64,000 nt of DNA, from NCBI GenBank assembly GCA_951406725.2, contig OX597839.1, forward strand, positions 17,980,001 through 18,044,000, in the 5' to 3' direction. The position numbers were made by a program, and so were the translations under genes. This DNA comes from Octopus vulgaris (lineage: Eukaryota). Positions 25,531 through 37,350 of this stretch are shown here, one piece after another (the first letter of the stretch is position 1; each line of letters begins with the position of its first letter). The notes under the pieces were generated by a model. It had not been told where the DNA came from, ran no database searches, and saw only the letters and a program-made list of their open reading frames with translations.

Positions 25531-26221
25531 TATATATATAACTATCAAAAAGTATTAAAAAGTTTAATATAAGATAAAAAGTAAAACCACTACGTACGTT
25601 TCATGCCCATAACCTAATTCGAATTACATGTATGTATATGTATGTATGTATATATATGAATATGTATAATGTCTGCACTGATATACACATTTGTGTGTAC
25701 ATATATATATATATGTCTATACATATATGTGTATACATACATGTCTGTGTGTGTGTGTGTGTATATATATATGTGAGTGTGTGTGTGTGAATAATATACA
25801 TATATAAATACCTACATACATCATCATCCTCTTCCTCTTTTTATGCTTACATGGGTCGGAGGGGTTGTCACAATTCAAACTTTTATTTATCACAAGCTAC
25901 TGCTCCTAAATATTGGATTTCAAATAGACACAAACTCACACGCATACTTATGTTAGTGTGTGTCTCATCTATTTTATTTTACAGCCGGAAACCCTTCCTT
26001 TCACCCTTACAGCATGCAACAGGTGCATTTTATGTCACTTTACCTAAATAATTTGTCTGTCAGAATTACTGTCCCTTACAACTTTTTATTCAGAGTCACT
26101 TCCCATACAGTGTGGCGTCAACATCTTGTTTTATTGTTACCTGTACCATTCCTGCATTCCCCGTCACTAACCAGCATGGACTCAGCCACGTTGAAAAACC
26201 ATGCTTTCAACAATATATATA

Positions 26222-26400
26222 GTTGAAATTGACAGAAAAACAAAAGACGAAGACAGGTGTATAAGCAACAAGCAGATGCATTAGTTTGATGCTCGGGAAG
26301 GTGAGAAAGTCTTTTACATTTCGAGTCTATGCCCTTCAACGGAAAAGAACACGAGGAAATAAACAGAGAGAGAATTTTTTTTTAAATGTTGAGTTAGAGG
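26222..26400 (-). mobile_element. Solo Penelope-like pLTR fragment with decayed hammerhead (same family as 1328)
   Basis: Minus strand CCGTTGA-A-GGGCATAGACTC-GAAA-TGTA-AAAG at 26311-26346. Shares AAAAGACGAAGACAG with 1350. Confidence 0.6.
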
Positions 26401-26417
26401 TCAATCACGGCGATATA

Positions 26418-26630
26418 TCATCATCATCATCATCATCATTTAACGCCCGTTTTCCATGCTAGCATGGGTTGGACGGTTCGATTGGGGTCTGGTAAGCCAG
26501 GAGGCTGCACCAGGCTCCAGTCTGATTTGGCAGTGTTTCTACAGCTGAACACCCTTCCTAACGCCAACCACTCCGTGAGTGTAGTGGATGCTTTTTACAT
26601 GTCACCAACATGGATGCCAATCAGGCGGTG
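26418..26630 (-). mobile_element. RTE LINE 3' UTR fragment
   Basis: (CAT)n followed by the reverse complement of the RTE tail. Confidence 0.85.
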
Positions 26631-26819
26631 CTATATATATGTATATATATGTGTAATAACAAAATAATATATAAAACATGCATATATACATACATATATA
26701 TACATACCTACATATATATATATGAATAATTTCCACACAAGAACACGGGGTTTCTGACGTGAATTTGCTACCCAGGTATCGATTAACCGAATTATCCATA
26801 CTAGGATAATTCATTCACC

Positions 26820-26855
<36 letters not shown>

Positions 26856-26916
26856 TGTCAGTCTATCTACCTATGTATATTTTCTACCTCCACCTTCTTT
26901 TTCTATGTCTTTTCAG

Positions 26917-27026
26917 GTAGTCCTAACTCGTACTGTGACACAAACCAAACAGCTATGGTAGATCCTCTCATGAATAACCAGTCATGTCTAGCAATACCTA
27001 CTGATAGGAACAATATGAACCACCAG
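26917..27026 (+). CDS. FOXJ2/3: Internal (penultimate) coding exon of a probable FoxJ2/3-like transcription factor
   Basis: Polypyrimidine tract ending TTTCAG (26911-26916) and strong donor CAG|GTAAGG at 27026/27027. Open frame xSPNSYCDTNQTAMVDPLMNNQSCLAIPTDRNNMNHQ ends in phase 0, matching the exon at 31466. Gene identity is inferred from the downstream exon only. Confidence 0.7.
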
Positions 27027-27578
27027 GTAAGGGCTTTTTCTTTTTTACAAAATAATAAAAAAAGAAAGATTGAATTTATAACTTTTATTTTCAACTTGTT
27101 TCATTCATTGGACTGTGGCCATGCTGGGGCAGTTCTTCAAGAATTTACCTCAGACTTATTTGTCTTTAGTGTTTTAAGCCTGGTATTTATTCTGTCTGCC
27201 TCTTTTGCTGAACTGTACATTATGGGGATGTAAACATATGAACACTGATTGTTAAGTGCAGTGGAGAACTCACACACACACTCTCTTGCATATGCACTCA
27301 CACACTCACATACACACCTACTTGCACACACTCGCACATACACATACACTCGTGCGCACTCACTCACACACAAACACCTACTCAGACACACTCATACACC
27401 ACACACACACTCATACTCACATGCACATACCACCCCATACACACATACATACTCATACAAGCTCACATACACACACACCTACTCAAACACTCACACACAC
27501 TCACTCACTCACACACATACTCACTCATGCTCTTTCACACACACACACACTCTTTCTCTCTCACAGACACACACACTA

Positions 27579-27802
27579 TATGAGGGGCTACTGAAAAGTT
27601 CTTGGCTTTGAGGGTTCCACGAAAAGCCTGGTTGGAGGCCCAACCTTCCAAGTTCTTTTACAAGACTTAGAAAAACTGGAAGACCGCTGCAATAAGTGTG
27701 TGAATCTAAGAGGGGAATATGTTGAATAAAATAATAATTCACTGATCCTCCTCTAACTCCTTCTACCCAACACCAAGGAACATTTCATCACCCCACCCCT
27801 TA
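27579..27802 (+). mobile_element. Internally deleted mariner-like element
   Basis: TA-flanked TIR-like ends (TGAGGGGCTACTGAAAAGTT ... ACATTTCATCACCCC). Retains a transposase C-terminus LEKLEDRCNKCVNLRGEYVE*. Confidence 0.75.
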
Positions 27803-27944
27803 TACTTTTGACTGTAGTGTTTACTTACTCAAGGCTGAAATGGCCCTTAACAACAACTTATGCCAAACTAAAAACCTTCAATAAAAATTTCATGTTAATT
27901 TGTTTTAATCACCAGCTTAATAATGACAAAATTATTCATTATGG

Positions 27945-28310
27945 GTGGAGGGGTGGCTGCATGGTAAGAAGCTTGCTTCTCAACCACAAGGTGCCACTGC
28001 ATGGCATCTTGAGCAAGTGTCTCCTACTATAGTTTCAGGCCAAGTGGAGCCATGTGAATGTATCTAGTAGATGGAAACTGAAAGAAGCCTGTTATGTGTA
28101 TGTATAACTTTGTATCTGTGTTTGTTCCTCCACTTCTTGACAACCAGTGCTGATGTGTTTACATCCCTGTAACTTAGAGGTTCAGTAAAAGAAACCAATA
28201 GAATAAGTACCTGGCTTTAAAAAAAGTGATTACTGGAGTCAATACATTTGACCAGAAATTCTTAAAGGTGGTGTCCCAGCATGGTCGTAGTCTAATGAAT
28301 GAAACAAGTA
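27945..28310 (+). mobile_element. tRNA-derived SINE, family A, nested in a TTAA-type MITE ending at AAAAGGGTTAA (~28392)
   Basis: Family A head and tail. The flanks match the MITE at 12974-13174. Confidence 0.75.
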
Positions 28311-29654
28311 AAAAAAAAGAAAAAATATTTTGAAAATTCACTGAAATAAAAGCAGTGCATGCTGAAAGAAATGACAGTAGCAAAAGGGTTAAAAGGAAGG
28401 ACATATATATATATAGAGAGAGAGAGAGTAACATGATCCTTAATACACTATACTTGAAAATATAAACAAGATGGTCATGGATGGAATTCCTTTGAGTAAA
28501 GGCTGGGCCTTGGTCAGATTTGGCCTGCAGCTATATAACAACCACCCTTATTAGTATTCCCCACTTTATATTTCACCTCTCAAGCATACAACTGCAAGAT
28601 TTATTGTACTGTTACCGCCACCAACAACAACAACCCTTCCACCCACTCATTGTCCCTATTTATAGACAGTTGAAGTGAGCCACTGACAGTTAAATGTATT
28701 CACCAGATATTTAAAACCAATGACAAGACAGAAACTGTCAAGATTGTTTGGCCACCAGCCAGACAAACATCCCAATATCTTGATAAACTCAACTGGTGTT
28801 TGTTGCCCTTTCTCAATGTTCTACACTTATCACACATTAACAAATACATTTTTTTGTTCTCTTCTTCATTTCTCTTTTTCTTTTTCTTTTTTTTTTTATT
28901 AACTGAACCAGTTTTATTGACAGAATATTTAGCATTAATATAGAATTAGTTCCGATTGGATCTTTTAATAAATAATCCTTGTCTTTATCCCTTCTCTCTA
29001 TTTAGCAGTACATCGACTTGCAATGCATTACCATGACTGGTTGCCAAACCAATACGCAGCCATAGTCATGATGTAAAGCCCATCTTCACACCAATGAAAG
29101 CATACTTTTATTCTATTATTGGTTTCAACCAGAGGCTGTGACCTTACTGGGGTACTGCCCTTAGTGCTAATGGAAACAAATGGTTCAGTGGTTAGGGGTG
29201 TTTGGTTCATGATAGTTAGATTATGGGTTTCACACTGTATGGCTGTATGGTAAAAAGCTTGCTTCCCAACCACATGGTTCTGGCACGTTGTGTTTCTGAG
29301 CAAAACACTTCATTCCATGTTGCTTCAATTCAGTGGGGAATACATGTGCCACAGAAACTGGGAAACTAACCCTCTGAATCTATATGACCCAGGAAGGGTC
29401 TCACCTTGTTTATTTTAGACTTGCTTCCCAGCTCTTTCACTGGAATCAGTCCTCTTAAAAAAACTGAGTTGGACAGAGTGGTACTTATTCATGTTTCTTG
29501 TCATGATGTGTGCTCATCTCATATATCAGATGACGGTTTATCTAATCATACTTAAAACCCATCCACATCTACACTTTTTAGATCTCCAAGGCTTTTTGAC
29601 AAGGCATAGAAAAGTTGCAGGCTTAAGCTGTTACAGTATTAGGTCCTTTCTCTG

Positions 29655-30342
29655 GACAGTTGGTTCCGACTGACATCTGGCAGCCAATATCTCTTGCGGG
29701 CGAGGACCTGGAGAATGTAGAGTCTTTCGTCTACTTGGGCTCAACGGTGATCCCAAATGGTCAGGGTGCAGCTGAGGTCGATCATCACATCAATGCTGCT
29801 CTCATCGGTGACCAAAGGGCGAATATATCAGGCCGTCATTCGTACAGTACTTCTCTATGGCTGTGAAACGTGACCTATGCAGGTGGTCGATCAACGAAGG
29901 CTGGAAGCCTTTGACAATGACTGCCTCCGGTGCTTTCTTCGCTGCCGTCGGGTGGATCGAGTTCCCACTGCCAATCTCCGACTTCGCCTGTCTCTGCGGC
30001 CCCTTCCATCTGTCCTTCTGCAACAGTGCTTGCGGTGGTTTGGCCATGCATGTAGGCGTCCGGTAGGTGAACTGAGCCGTGACGTCCTTTTCCCAACTGG
30101 CGGAAACGCGCAGGTGGGCAGCTGAAGACCTGGGTTACGATGATCAAGGAGGACCTCTCCATGCTCACGGGACCGCAGGTGGTCGGCCTGCGCCGATGGA
30201 ACTGTGACTGGCTCGCTATCTCCAGTGAACTGGCACAGGACCGTCGTGCATGGGCTGCCATAGTTCAAGATGTCTCGAGGGTGCTAGAAGAAGCCGACTC
30301 AACCCGCCCAGGGTGAATGTCACCACAAGTACAAGTAAGTAC
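29655..30342 (+). mobile_element. RTE (BovB-like) LINE 3' fragment, second RTE family, decayed
   Basis: EDLENVESFVYLGS, YGCET*P, RRLEAFDNDCLR, LRWFGHACRRP, LAQDRRAW, and a (CAAGTA)n tail. Confidence 0.85.
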
Positions 30343-30529
30343 AGTTGTGGGGAAGGGAGCAAAATCTTTATTTCTATGCAGTGGTATAGTCTACTGAACA
30401 AGAAACAGTACAAATAATACCCCAGTCAAATGTAAAAGAGTGCAATTTATACACAAGTAGATACAGTTTTTGTTATATTTCATGCCTTTTCTCTCCATTC
30501 CAGGATTAAATTTTTCGTATTAAAATAAT

Positions 30530-31379
30530 TTAACCCTTTAACATTTAAATTAACAATATCTGGCTGAAATATTGTTTTATGTTCCAACTGGCCAGGTCTG
30601 GCCTTTTACACCTATCTTACAATGTCATTCCAAAAATGTACAATCACATTATTGAAATCTTGAAGCTACAAGATAGTGAATGATTAATTCAAAACCATCT
30701 TTTATCAGTCGTTTCAGTTGTAAGACTGTGGCCATACCGGAGCACCACCTTCAAGAAATTTTTAGCCAAATGAATCAGGCCCAGTGTTTTCTTTTTCTCT
30801 TTTTAAACCTGATACTTATTCTATAGGTCTCTTTTGCCAAACCGCTAAGTTATGGAGATGTAAACACAACACCACCAGTTGTCAAACAATGAAGTAGGGG
30901 ACAAACAGATAGATACAAACACAAACATATTCTTTTACTTTTATATTTGTTTCAATCATGTAACTGTGGCCATGCTGGAGCATCGCCTTTAGTCAAACAA
31001 ATTAACCCCAGGTTTTATTCTTTGTAAGCCTGGTACTTATTCTATCATTCTATCAGTCTCATTTGCTGAACTGCTGAGTTACAGGGACGTTAATACATCA
31101 ACATTGGTTGTCAAGCGATGGTGGGGGAGGGGGGACAAACAAAAGACACACACATAAATATATATATATATGACGGGCTTCTTTCTGTTTCTGTCCACCA
31201 AATCCACTCACAAGGCTTTAGTTGGCCGGAGGCTATATATAGAAGACACTTGCCCAAGGTGCCATGCAGTGGGACCGAATCTAGAACCATGTGGTTGGGA
31301 AGCAAGCTTTTTACCACACAACCATACAGTGTGAATAAATATTAAATTGGACAGAGTATTTTGAATGCTAAAGGATTAA
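30530..31379. mobile_element. piggyBac-like MITE (inverse of the 9517 family) interrupted by two minus-strand family-A SINEs
   Basis: TTAACCCTTTA ... GAATGCTAAAGGATTAA. SINEs at about 30700-30925 and 30932-31325. Ends about 90 bp upstream of the terminal exon. Confidence 0.65.
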
Positions 31380-31465
31380 AAATGAAAATGTTTTTCTTGT
31401 TTTTAAGATGTCTTAATTGTAGATGCTTATTTGTTTAATTATTTATTTATTTTTGCTGTTTCCAG

Positions 31466-31576
31466 CAAGCAGGGAATTACATGAACCATCCACTTCCTCC
31501 GATACCAAGAGCAAATACCAGATATATAACCAACGACGAGATTGATGATGAGTTCAACTGGGACAAACTGCTATGA
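31466..31576 (+). CDS. FOXJ2/3: Terminal coding exon of a probable FoxJ2/3-like forkhead transcription factor
   Basis: Acceptor TTTTTGCTGTTTCCAG, then QAGNYMNHPLPPIPRANTRYITNDEIDDEFNWDKLL*. The acidic-aromatic tail resembles the C-termini of vertebrate FOXJ2/FOXJ3 as I recall them (..EEIPDDFDWDLIT / ..DDIQDDFDWDSIV). No forkhead domain was found in the window. Confidence 0.65.
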   Translation, partial: QAGNYMNHPLPPIPRANTRYITNDEIDDEFNWDKLL

Positions 31577-33019
31577 AATTTCAAATTTTTAACATTGCAA
31601 TATATTAAATGTACAACAAGACAGTAACAGTTATGTACTGGGGTTGGACAAAGGTTTCAATTTAACATTCCCACAATGCATCTTTGATGGGAACAGAAAA
31701 AGTTTGAAAAAAAAAATAATCCACAAAAACAATTTAAAAAACAAAAACAATACCAGTGTAATACTGGTCATTTGATTTTAATATTTCCCATAATGCATTC
31801 TTGATGGGACTAACAATTATTATAGAAGACAAAGATGTTTGAAAAAGACAAAAAATATTACAAATAAAATGAGGAGTTGAAAAGAAGCTATAAAAAGTTT
31901 TTAAAAATTAATAAAACTGAAACAAATAAAAGACAAAAAAAAACAATAAAAAGGTGCCATTTCTGCACTTCCTGTTTGAGACAGGCAAAAACAACAACAA
32001 AAAGAAAGAAAAATGCTAAACAAATACCAAAAAAGAAAAAAAACAATATTAATATATTCCATGTAGAATCTATTCTTCACACAATGTTTTAAACCTATGC
32101 ACCACACACACACACATATATATATACACGCACATGTATACTACAGACATGCTTATACAAACATATGTACATATATACACATTCACTCAAACACACCAGA
32201 TTATCTGTTCAATTCAGGTTAACAGCTGATAAGCTATTGAGTCTAAACCCTGTAAAACGATTCATTTGATGCATCATTCTCTTTTTATCTATCTTTCTAT
32301 CTATTTACCTATCTAACTTTCTATCTCTGTCTCCTATCTGTCTATTAATTTACAAATTTCTATGTCTTTTCAATGCTATCTCTCTCTCTCTCTCTCTCTA
32401 CCTATCTATCAGTCTATCCATTAATTTAGAAATTTCTAGGTCTTTCCAATGCTGTCTATCTCTCCTTCTCTTGATACATATATACATATTCACATATACA
32501 CGTGTATGTGTATATATATGTTTACATCATATGAATTTAAGAACTTTGAGAGATGTGAAATAATTCGTTTTTAAATAGAGGGGTAAAAAAAATACCTTTG
32601 AATAGTAAAAAATCAAAGGCTGCCCGTTCCACCATTAAAAACGAATTTTATATATACACATACATAGGGGTCCAACCCATGTCAGCATGGAAAAAAAGAA
32701 TGTTAAATGATGTATATATGTATAACTCTATTACTTAATTCTCTATATCTGTATATTTATCAGTTAATCTACCTATGTGTCTGTCTGTTTGTCTACATAT
32801 CTCTCTCTCTCTTTCCATACCTTGTTTGTTTCTGTCTTTGACTATCCTTAAATCCACTGCCAGACTCCTACTGGAAAATGGTTATACCTGCTGACAATGA
32901 TGCTGCTGCTGCTAATGATGATGATGGTAATGATGACGCTACCAGCCACCTGCTGGAATATTTGTTGCTAATTGTCTCCCGAGACAAGGTTTGAATGGGC
33001 AAGGTATTGGTTTGATAAA

Positions 33020-33250
33020 GGCGGCGAGCTGGCAGAATCGTTAGCACGTCGGGCGAAATGCTTAGCGGTATTTCAGCTGCCGTTACGTTGTGAGTTCAAA
33101 TTCCGCCGAGGTCGACTTTGCCTTTCATCCTTTCGGGGTCGATAAATTAAGTACCAGCTACGCACTGGGGTCGATGTAATCGACTTAATACCTATGTCTG
33201 TCCATGTTTGTCCCTTCTATGTTTAGCCCCTTGTGGGTAATAAAGAAATA
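33020..33250 (+). mobile_element. tRNA-derived SINE, family B, full length with 16-bp target-site duplication
   Basis: AGGTATTGGTTTGATA at 33002-33017 and 33250-33265. CpGs retained. Confidence 0.92.
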
Positions 33251-33328
33251 GGTATTGGTTTGATATCTCCCCTACCTCAGAAACATACCTAACTATATAT
33301 ATATATGCACACACACACATGCATGTAC

Positions 33329-33365
<37 letters not shown>

Positions 33366-33857
33366 TACACACGTGTGTACATATATGTATATATACACAC
33401 ACATGCATGTGTGTAGACATGTGGATCTACATCTATGTATTTGTGCAAAGAAAGGCAAATAAGTTCCTGAGTGAGAAAGAAAAACACAACCCCACATATA
33501 TATAATACACACTGCATACAAAAACATATATATACATACATAATGTGTCTGTATGTATAGTTATCTTTGTATGCACTGGTGAAAGAAAGGGGGAATAACA
33601 ATAAAAACTAAATGAGCAAGAAAGAGAGAGAGAGATGGCGTTGGTGGTATCAGTGAAGGAGAAAAATATGTTGGTGATAAAGCATAGAAGGTAAATAAAT
33701 AACAAGCATATATAAGTAAACAATAACAATTTGCCCCGCACCTTTCTACTTCAAACAGACTGATAGATGTCTGCATAAGATGAAGTGTTATTATTAAGAT
33801 ACAAATATTTTGGGCTATTTACTTCATCTTCAATAATAAAACAAATTTTCTTTTTTA

Positions 33858-34265
33858 ATATTTATATCTACACTATGTTTCAATCCATTTGATCTCCAAT
33901 CATCATCGGGTGTTTTTGTTTCCAGTATGTGTACATAGACCCAAGCTGGATTTGAACAAGGAACCTTTATCCTTTATGTTTAATTTTCTGAACTACTAAA
34001 CTAATCAATGGAGTGTATATTTACAATATTTAATTTACACTGTTTTGATCTATCTGATCTCCAGTCATCATCAGGTAGGTGGCTTATTCCTGAACATGTA
34101 CGTATAAGAATTCCTGTACTATTAAACTTTAATGTCTTTGAGTGGTAATATCTGCAATATTTTCTATCACACTATGCTGCAATCAGTTTTAATTGCTAAT
34201 CATCATGATCAGGTTTCTTATTCCTGGATGTGTACATAGAATAAAGCTGGATTTGAACTAGGAAA
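33858..34265 (-). repeat. Degenerate tandem repeat (3 units, ~130-170 bp) with Pol III A/B-like boxes and hammerhead-like cores
   Basis: Minus-strand GTTCAAATCC at 33948-33957 and 34249-34258. Core motifs CCGATGA..GAAAC-ATAGT-GTA and CTGATGA..AAAAC-AGT-GTA. Confidence 0.55.
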
Positions 34266-34351
34266 TCTGTCTTTCAAATTTTTTTTTTCATTCTGTTAAC
34301 CTAAGTTTTAGAATACCAGTTTTTAAAATTTTTTTACTTTTTTTAAATATT

Positions 34352-34720
34352 TTTTACTTGTTTCAGTCATTCAACTATGGCCATACTGGGGCACTGCTTT
34401 CGAGGGTTTAGTCAAACAAATCAACCCCAGTACTTATTTTTTCAAAGCCTGGTACTTATTCTGCCAGTCACATTTGTTGAACCACTAAGTCACAGGGATG
34501 CAAAGAAACCAACACCAAGCAGTGGTTAGACATGGACACATGCACACGCATAAACATGATGGGCTTCTTTCAGTTTCCATCTTCTAAATCCACTCAAGGC
34601 TTTAGTTGACACAGAGCTATATAGCAGAAGACAATTGCCCAAGATGCCATGCAGTGAGACTGAACCTGGAACCATGTGGTTGAGAAGTAAGCTTCTTAAC
34701 CACACAGCCACAGCTGCACC
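34352..34720 (-). mobile_element. tRNA-derived SINE, family A
   Basis: Reverse complement of the consensus. Confidence 0.85.
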
Positions 34721-35147
34721 TATATTTACAATATTTATATATATTGTAATCGATGTGAGAGGTATCTCTCAATGTGGACATAGTCCCAGATTGACTTCAC
34801 ACCAGAAATTTCTAATTTCCCAAACTGTTTGATTTTTAAACTGTACATTTCACTAACTAACAGGAATTTCTAAGAAAGAAAGCTCAACAGCAGAAGGTAT
34901 TCAGAGAAATCCGCACCACTCCCTTGTGCAAATGATTCAAACCCTTAATTGCTTACACTCTAAGGGGCCAAGATGCATCCAGGTCCTAATTCCTGGCTAC
35001 CCATCTCATGCCACATTCTGTGCTACTGTTTGCATTCACGGTACTCCTGCATGGTTAGGTACCCCAAACCCAAGATACCCTGGGTATTGCAAACACATCT
35101 GCTCTCCCTGGAGTTTCTTACTATGCTATTCGTTTACTCTCTAATCC

Positions 35148-35522
35148 TTTTTACGTGTTCCACTCATTTGACTGCGACCATGCTGGAGCACTGCCTTAAA
35201 GAGTTTTAGTCGAAGTAATCAACCACGGACTTATTCTTTGTAAGCCTAGAACTTATTCTATCTGTTATTTTTGCTGAACTGCCAAGTTACAGGGACACAA
35301 ACCCACCAGTATTAGTTATCAAGCAATGGTGAGGGGATAAACATAGACACACACACACATATACACAATGGGCTTCTTTCAGTTTCTGTCTGCCAAATCC
35401 ACTCACAAGGCTTTGGTTGGCCCGAGGTTATAATAGAAGACACTTGCCCAAGGTGCCATGCAGTGGGACTGAACCCGGAACCACATGATTGGGAAGCAAG
35501 CATCTTACCACACAGCCACACC
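35148..35522 (-). mobile_element. tRNA-derived SINE, family A
   Basis: Reverse complement of the consensus. Confidence 0.85.
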
Positions 35523-35719
35523 TAAACCTATATTTACATTTCTTATGTGTTTCCAGCACTTTGATCTCAGATTATCATCAGTTGTATTATTTCTGATAAC
35601 AGTTACTAGACTGGATTCAAATTTTTAAACTGTGTAATAACAACTGAAACATAGTAAGGGATGAAAATACTAATTTCTAATTGAGGTACAATGGTAGTAA
35701 GTTACCCTGGGTATTAATG

Positions 35720-37032
35720 TCTTGAACCCTAAGACTCATAAGGGATGGTTACCCAGTTTCTATGGTGTTCAAGTGACTGAGATCACAATATGTTGCCCAA
35801 ATGGGATTCCAGTGAAATGAAGAGACTTGCTCAAAAACACAACACACTGCCCAGTCCAGGAATTGAAACCACAATCTGGGAAGCATGAATGCAACACCCT
35901 AACCATCAGACTGTACACCTTCACAGTTGAGGTACAATGATACAAATGTTGCAGGAGATGAACATTAGGTATTGCCTCCAGTATCTACTTAACTGGTGCT
36001 TGTTTTTAATTGACCCTAAAAGAATAATCTGCAGAGGAATTGAACGCAGAGACAAAAGGGGTGTCATTATACAAGGTCAGTCCACATTACTCTATAAGGT
36101 GCATAAGACTGGTTTCCAGATCCTTGGATGAGATGCTGGCCCATCACACGACTACTCATTTTTACCATATGAGTGGACTGGAGCAATGTGAAATGAAGTG
36201 TTTTACTCAAGAACACAACGTGTCACCCAGTTCAGGAATTAAAACCACAACCTTACAATCATGAGTCCAACACCACAACTACTAAGCCATACGTCTCTAC
36301 AATACAGTATACCATAATTTATCACACAATTACTTCAGCTAACCTATAGCCTTCGTCTTATGTAAATTGTGAAATCTAATAGTCAGCAGAAAGTCATCAA
36401 TTTTATAAGTGGCAAAATTAGTTATCTAACACAATCTTGAGCAAACTGGGGCCCATCACTCTTCCTGAAAGGCATGCCTAACAACAAAACATTGCCTTTG
36501 ATTTTTTTAATAGTGCAGCTCACCTGATGATGAGCCATTCTCATGCAGCCGGCTTCTCACAAAAGGTGGCCCAGGTCTATTCTAATCCAATAATTCTAAT
36601 GCCATGCCACTTCCTATTATGTACTTAGCAATTCCAGTTCTTCCACTAGTAATTATTCTTTCTCTATGGTTAAATAAAGGAGGGAGGAGGAGCAGTATTC
36701 TGAGATGGGTGAGAGGGAGTTACCCTCAGACCAGAAGGTTTGCTACAGAGTAGTCTGCAGTAAAGGCAGCCAAGAAACTTGTGATGATGAGATTTAGCAG
36801 ACTATCAGATGTTGTTATACCTTGCTGGTCACAATGCACTTTGCATCATTTTAGCCTTCAAATAACACCATCCTGTTGGCTAGGCAAACACACCAACGTT
36901 TCCCCCATGATCAAAAGCGGGGGCTGGGGCAATGTAACATGAAGTGTTTTGCTCAAGAACAGAATACGCTGCCTAATCTGGGTATTGAACTCACAATCTA
37001 GCAACCACGAGTCCAACACCCAAACCATGAGG

Positions 37033-37091
<59 letters not shown>

Positions 37092-37350
37092 GCATCCATG
37101 TGACTGACCAGGCTATCAGATGTTATACATCATTGGTCACAATGCACTTTACGTTGTTTTAGCTATGGAATTACGCCACCCTGCTGGCTCGACAAACAGG
37201 TCAACTTTTCCCCATGATCGAAATGGGAGACTGGAGCAATGTGAAATGAAGTATTTTGCTCAAGAACACAATGTGCTGCCTGGTCTGAGAAATGAACCCA
37301 CAATCTAGCAATCGTGAGTGCAACACCCTAACCAATAGGCCATACGCCTT
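35720..37350 (-). mobile_element. Cluster of four decayed family-C SINE copies (~35720-35925, 36070-36300, 36900-37035, 37200-37350)
   Basis: Each carries GTGAAATGAAGTGTTTTGCTCAAGAACACAA..AACCACAATC..CAACACCCTAACC, matching the 50455 copy. Confidence 0.75.

Noticed and set aside
26736-26818. Short insert between TA runs with a perfect 9-bp hairpin (GAATTATCC/GGATAATTC) and minus-strand GAAAC
   Set aside because: No CUGANGA core on the relevant strand, so it cannot be called a ribozyme or splicing element from sequence alone.
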